A stretch of DNA of 47,996 nt from Trichoplax sp. H2 (taxonomy: Eukaryota): NCBI GenBank assembly GCA_003344405.1, contig NOWV01000225.1, positions 62,001 to 109,996 on the forward strand, given 5' to 3'. A model generated the notes under the pieces. That model searched no databases. It had not been told where the DNA came from and worked only from the letters and a program-made list of their open reading frames with translations. This document shows positions 35,532 through 47,996 of the stretch, piece by piece. The position numbers and the translations under genes are program-made. Within the stretch, counting starts at the first letter, position 1; each line of letters starts with the position of its first letter.

Positions 35532-36562
35532 ATAGTTTAAGAAGACTTTAATAAGTTATCCATTTATCTTGAATTTAATTGTATGATATCAAATCTATCA
35601 TCACCTACACATTTTAATGATATACGGAGCATAATTAAAAACTGGAATCATTCACTACGGTATATGTTCATAAATAAAATATGTAGGTTATGACTACTGC
35701 AATAGTATCCTATTTCTGGAAATAGTGACTGATTTTAAAAATTGAGCAAAATTTCTGTTGCGCTTAACAATAATGTTATTAGCTCGAATTGAGTCCGCTG
35801 CATAATATTTACGTAATATTTAGCTATTAAGCCAGGAGTACTTTTACGGTTTTACCAATACATAATCAATATAGACTAGTATGCACAAATGATCGTAGTT
35901 TACTTAAGGTAAACTTATAACCAATTAGAAATATCAGCTTTTAATAATTCATACTTCATATACTTAAATATTGAAGTAAATTATGCAATGAATTGGATTT
36001 CCATTATTATCAGAATTCCAATACATCTAGAATAAAGAAAGTAAACACATAACGAACATATTCCTTTATTTAATCCTCGAATTGATTTACCTAGTTCCAA
36101 TATGACTTTAATATTAAATACAAATCTTTTTATCTTTTTAAAAAATTTTTAACCATGTCTACATAACAATTCAAGGTTGCCAGTCTTACAATCGATAATC
36201 TGTACAAGGTTGTCTGATATTTGAAGAAAAATCCAATTTTTAATATTTTTCATATAATCACTGCTTTCTCTATGAGATATTGATATGTAGCAAATCACTT
36301 GACAATATACACGTATATCGCTCAGATTACGCAATATATTTTGAGAATCGGCTGACGTTACGAATTTTAGCAGAGCATGAAGCCACGTCTTTGGGTTCTT
36401 AATGTTCCTATAAGGGCGTTAACTAGGCTATGCATTCGTACGTAACAAAGCATCGAGTATCCAAGGGTAAATGCCAACTAATGGTAAGATCGATTTTAAA
36501 AATGTTATCGCACAGGGCGTCATTGGACATAAATTTTAAATTAACATTTTAGTGCATAAACT

Positions 36563-46111
<9,549 letters not shown>

Positions 46112-46387
46112 CTTGTCAATGGCTTGAATTTTATAGCGTCAACACTGAGGTCAAGGACTGATGCTCAATGGTACTGTAGGTATCAGTAGTGGCTCTATAT
46201 AGTGTTATCAATTTCAATTGAGCAATCCAGGCTACTACTGTACTACTAATAAGCTTTATTATGGATAATGTTATTGGAGGATTAGACTCAAAAGAGAGAG
46301 AAGACGAATGAAAGTGGTTCAAAATTGCAAACGTCTGCAATTTCTTGCCGTTGCAAATGGCAAAGAATGATGTCATAGCTGGTCGCT

Positions 46388-47830
46388 ATACAGTACAGTA
46401 CTGTACTGTACAGTCACTGTGTACCGTGGAGTGGTATCGCACTTGGTAGGATAATGCGTTTCATTTCAAGATACGGTACGGATTATTTTATTTCTATCTA
46501 ATATCACCATACAGTACTATACACTATTACTCCGCTATTACACTATTATACAGTACAATAATGGATTTATGAAATTTTAGTAATTTTTGCTATTTTAGTG
46601 ACAGAAATTTTCGTCAGGTAGCTTTTACTACTTGTTTTTACTATCCAGTACAGTAAAAATAAGTAGTTATACACTGTACAGTGTACAGTACACTGTACAG
46701 TACAGTACAGTATTTATACTATACTGTACAGTATTTTTACTGTACAGTACAGTACTGTACAGTACTGTACTGCATAACATGAATTGGTTACAGTACAGTG
46801 TACGTGTACTGTACAAAGTGTCTCAGAAAGTCTGTCCGTACAGTAGTACAGTACAGTACTGTACTGTACTGTACACTCAGAGTGTACAGTCAATCGCGTT
46901 ATACTGTACTGTACAGTACTTTACACCCGAGAACCTGGAATTTGTGGTTGGCATACTGTACACTGTACAGTACTGTACAGTACAGTACTGTATTCAAACT
47001 TTTTCTACACGACTGTACTGTACTGTACTGTACTCAGTACTATGTACTGTACGTGCTGGAGGCTGACTGTACAGTACAACTGTACATACTGTACTGTAGG
47101 ACCTGCCCGCTTTTTATACTGTAAAAGAGAAAAGAGGACACCAAAAAGGTTCATTGGTAAATGATGTGTGCAAGCCAAAACTTGCAAACGGTAATCAAAA
47201 GCAATTGACAAGTGATTGGCAAAGCTTTTCTTCACCTATTTCCTATGTGGAATACAAGATGGCTACCCAAAGTGTTCGGTAAGTTCAAAATAATCAAAAA
47301 ACCTATCTCGACGTTCAGTAAGTACAGTAAAGTGTTCTCATTGGAATAAGAATGCATTTGCACTGATCAAAATCAGCAGACTGTTCGTGAATCCTGACCC
47401 ATGTTCGGCAACCAATCGGTTGATGTTGTACTGTACAGTACTACAGGCATCCTTCACACTACTATCACACATGAGTACAGTACACTACAGTAAGTGTTAG
47501 CCAACTTTGCAAGAATTGAACTTTTCACTAAAAAAAGTGGTAGCCAACTTTGCAAGAATTTGAACTTTTCACTCCAAATTTGGCCTAGTCATTTTCGTGA
47601 CTACACCGACCACACACAACAGTGTAGACCGTGTGATGGTGTCGGCCATGGCCAGCTCACAAGCTACCTGCATACTATTGCTTGACGTTACACTTACTGC
47701 AAGTACAGTACTGTACAGTACATTGACTACAGTATGGCAAACTCCGTCAACGGTTGGCATGACCTACTGTACTGTACAGTATCATGGACGGTATGTACAG
47801 TACTATACACTGTACTGTACTGTACTGTAC
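46388..47830. repeat. Low-complexity palindromic TACAG/CTGTA array (densest 46640-47120)
   Basis: Dozens of TACAG/TACTG pentamers in alternating orientation (e.g. tacagtacagtactgtactgtactgtac); produces spurious YST/VLY/CTV ORFs in several frames on both strands. Confidence 0.9.
47498..47573. repeat. 32-33 bp direct repeat
   Basis: 'tagccaactttgcaagaatt(t)gaacttttcact' at 47498-47529 and 47541-47573. Confidence 0.9.
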
Positions 47831-47996
47831 TCACAGGATTCAAGATCGGCCATCTACTGTAGACATCATCGAAAACATCTTCAATAACTAAATTCCTATC
47901 ATGTATTGCACAAAGATTGTCATTATACTACGTTGATCAAATTTACCAACAGTTGCTCTCTTGTGTATATACAGTATAGAGACATACTCTTTAACG

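Noticed and set aside
46129..46135. TATAAAA upstream of the ABCC ATG
   Set aside because: Only ~18 bp from the ATG, too close for a canonical TATA-TSS spacing.
46632..47887. Overlapping ORFs rich in Y/S/T/V/C (144, 108, 76, 96 aa)
   Set aside because: Artefacts of the stop-poor TACAG pentamer repeat, open in several frames on both strands.

Overview
AT-rich, gene-dense eukaryotic (metazoan) genomic DNA with short GT-AG introns and one 20-N assembly gap. Composition, compactness and pervasive TACAG/CTGTA repeats suggest an early-branching animal such as the placozoan Trichoplax (inference, not verified). Ten protein genes were reconstructed by hand: Lines/LINS1 (-), NUDT15-like Nudix hydrolase (+), a secreted peroxidasin-type heme peroxidase lacking LRR/Ig/VWC domains (-), SNAPC5 (-), frataxin (+), a head-to-head pair of paralogous GlpT/SLC37-like MFS transporters, AGGF1 with an intronless CDS (-), TMEM223 (+) and a long MRP1/ABCC1-like ABC transporter (-). 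Eight of the genes form four divergent pairs. Notable points: the peroxidase lacks the heme-linking Glu; the MFS pair keeps identical exon sizes but lacks the TM7 Arg; the ABCC has acidic residues in TM17; palindromic TACAGTA/TACTGTA arrays cluster near promoters; a probable two-haplotype duplication flanks the gap and overlies a decayed repeat-protein-like relic. No tRNA, rRNA, CRISPR or transposase was recognised. All family assignments and residue alignments are from recalled motifs, not database searches.
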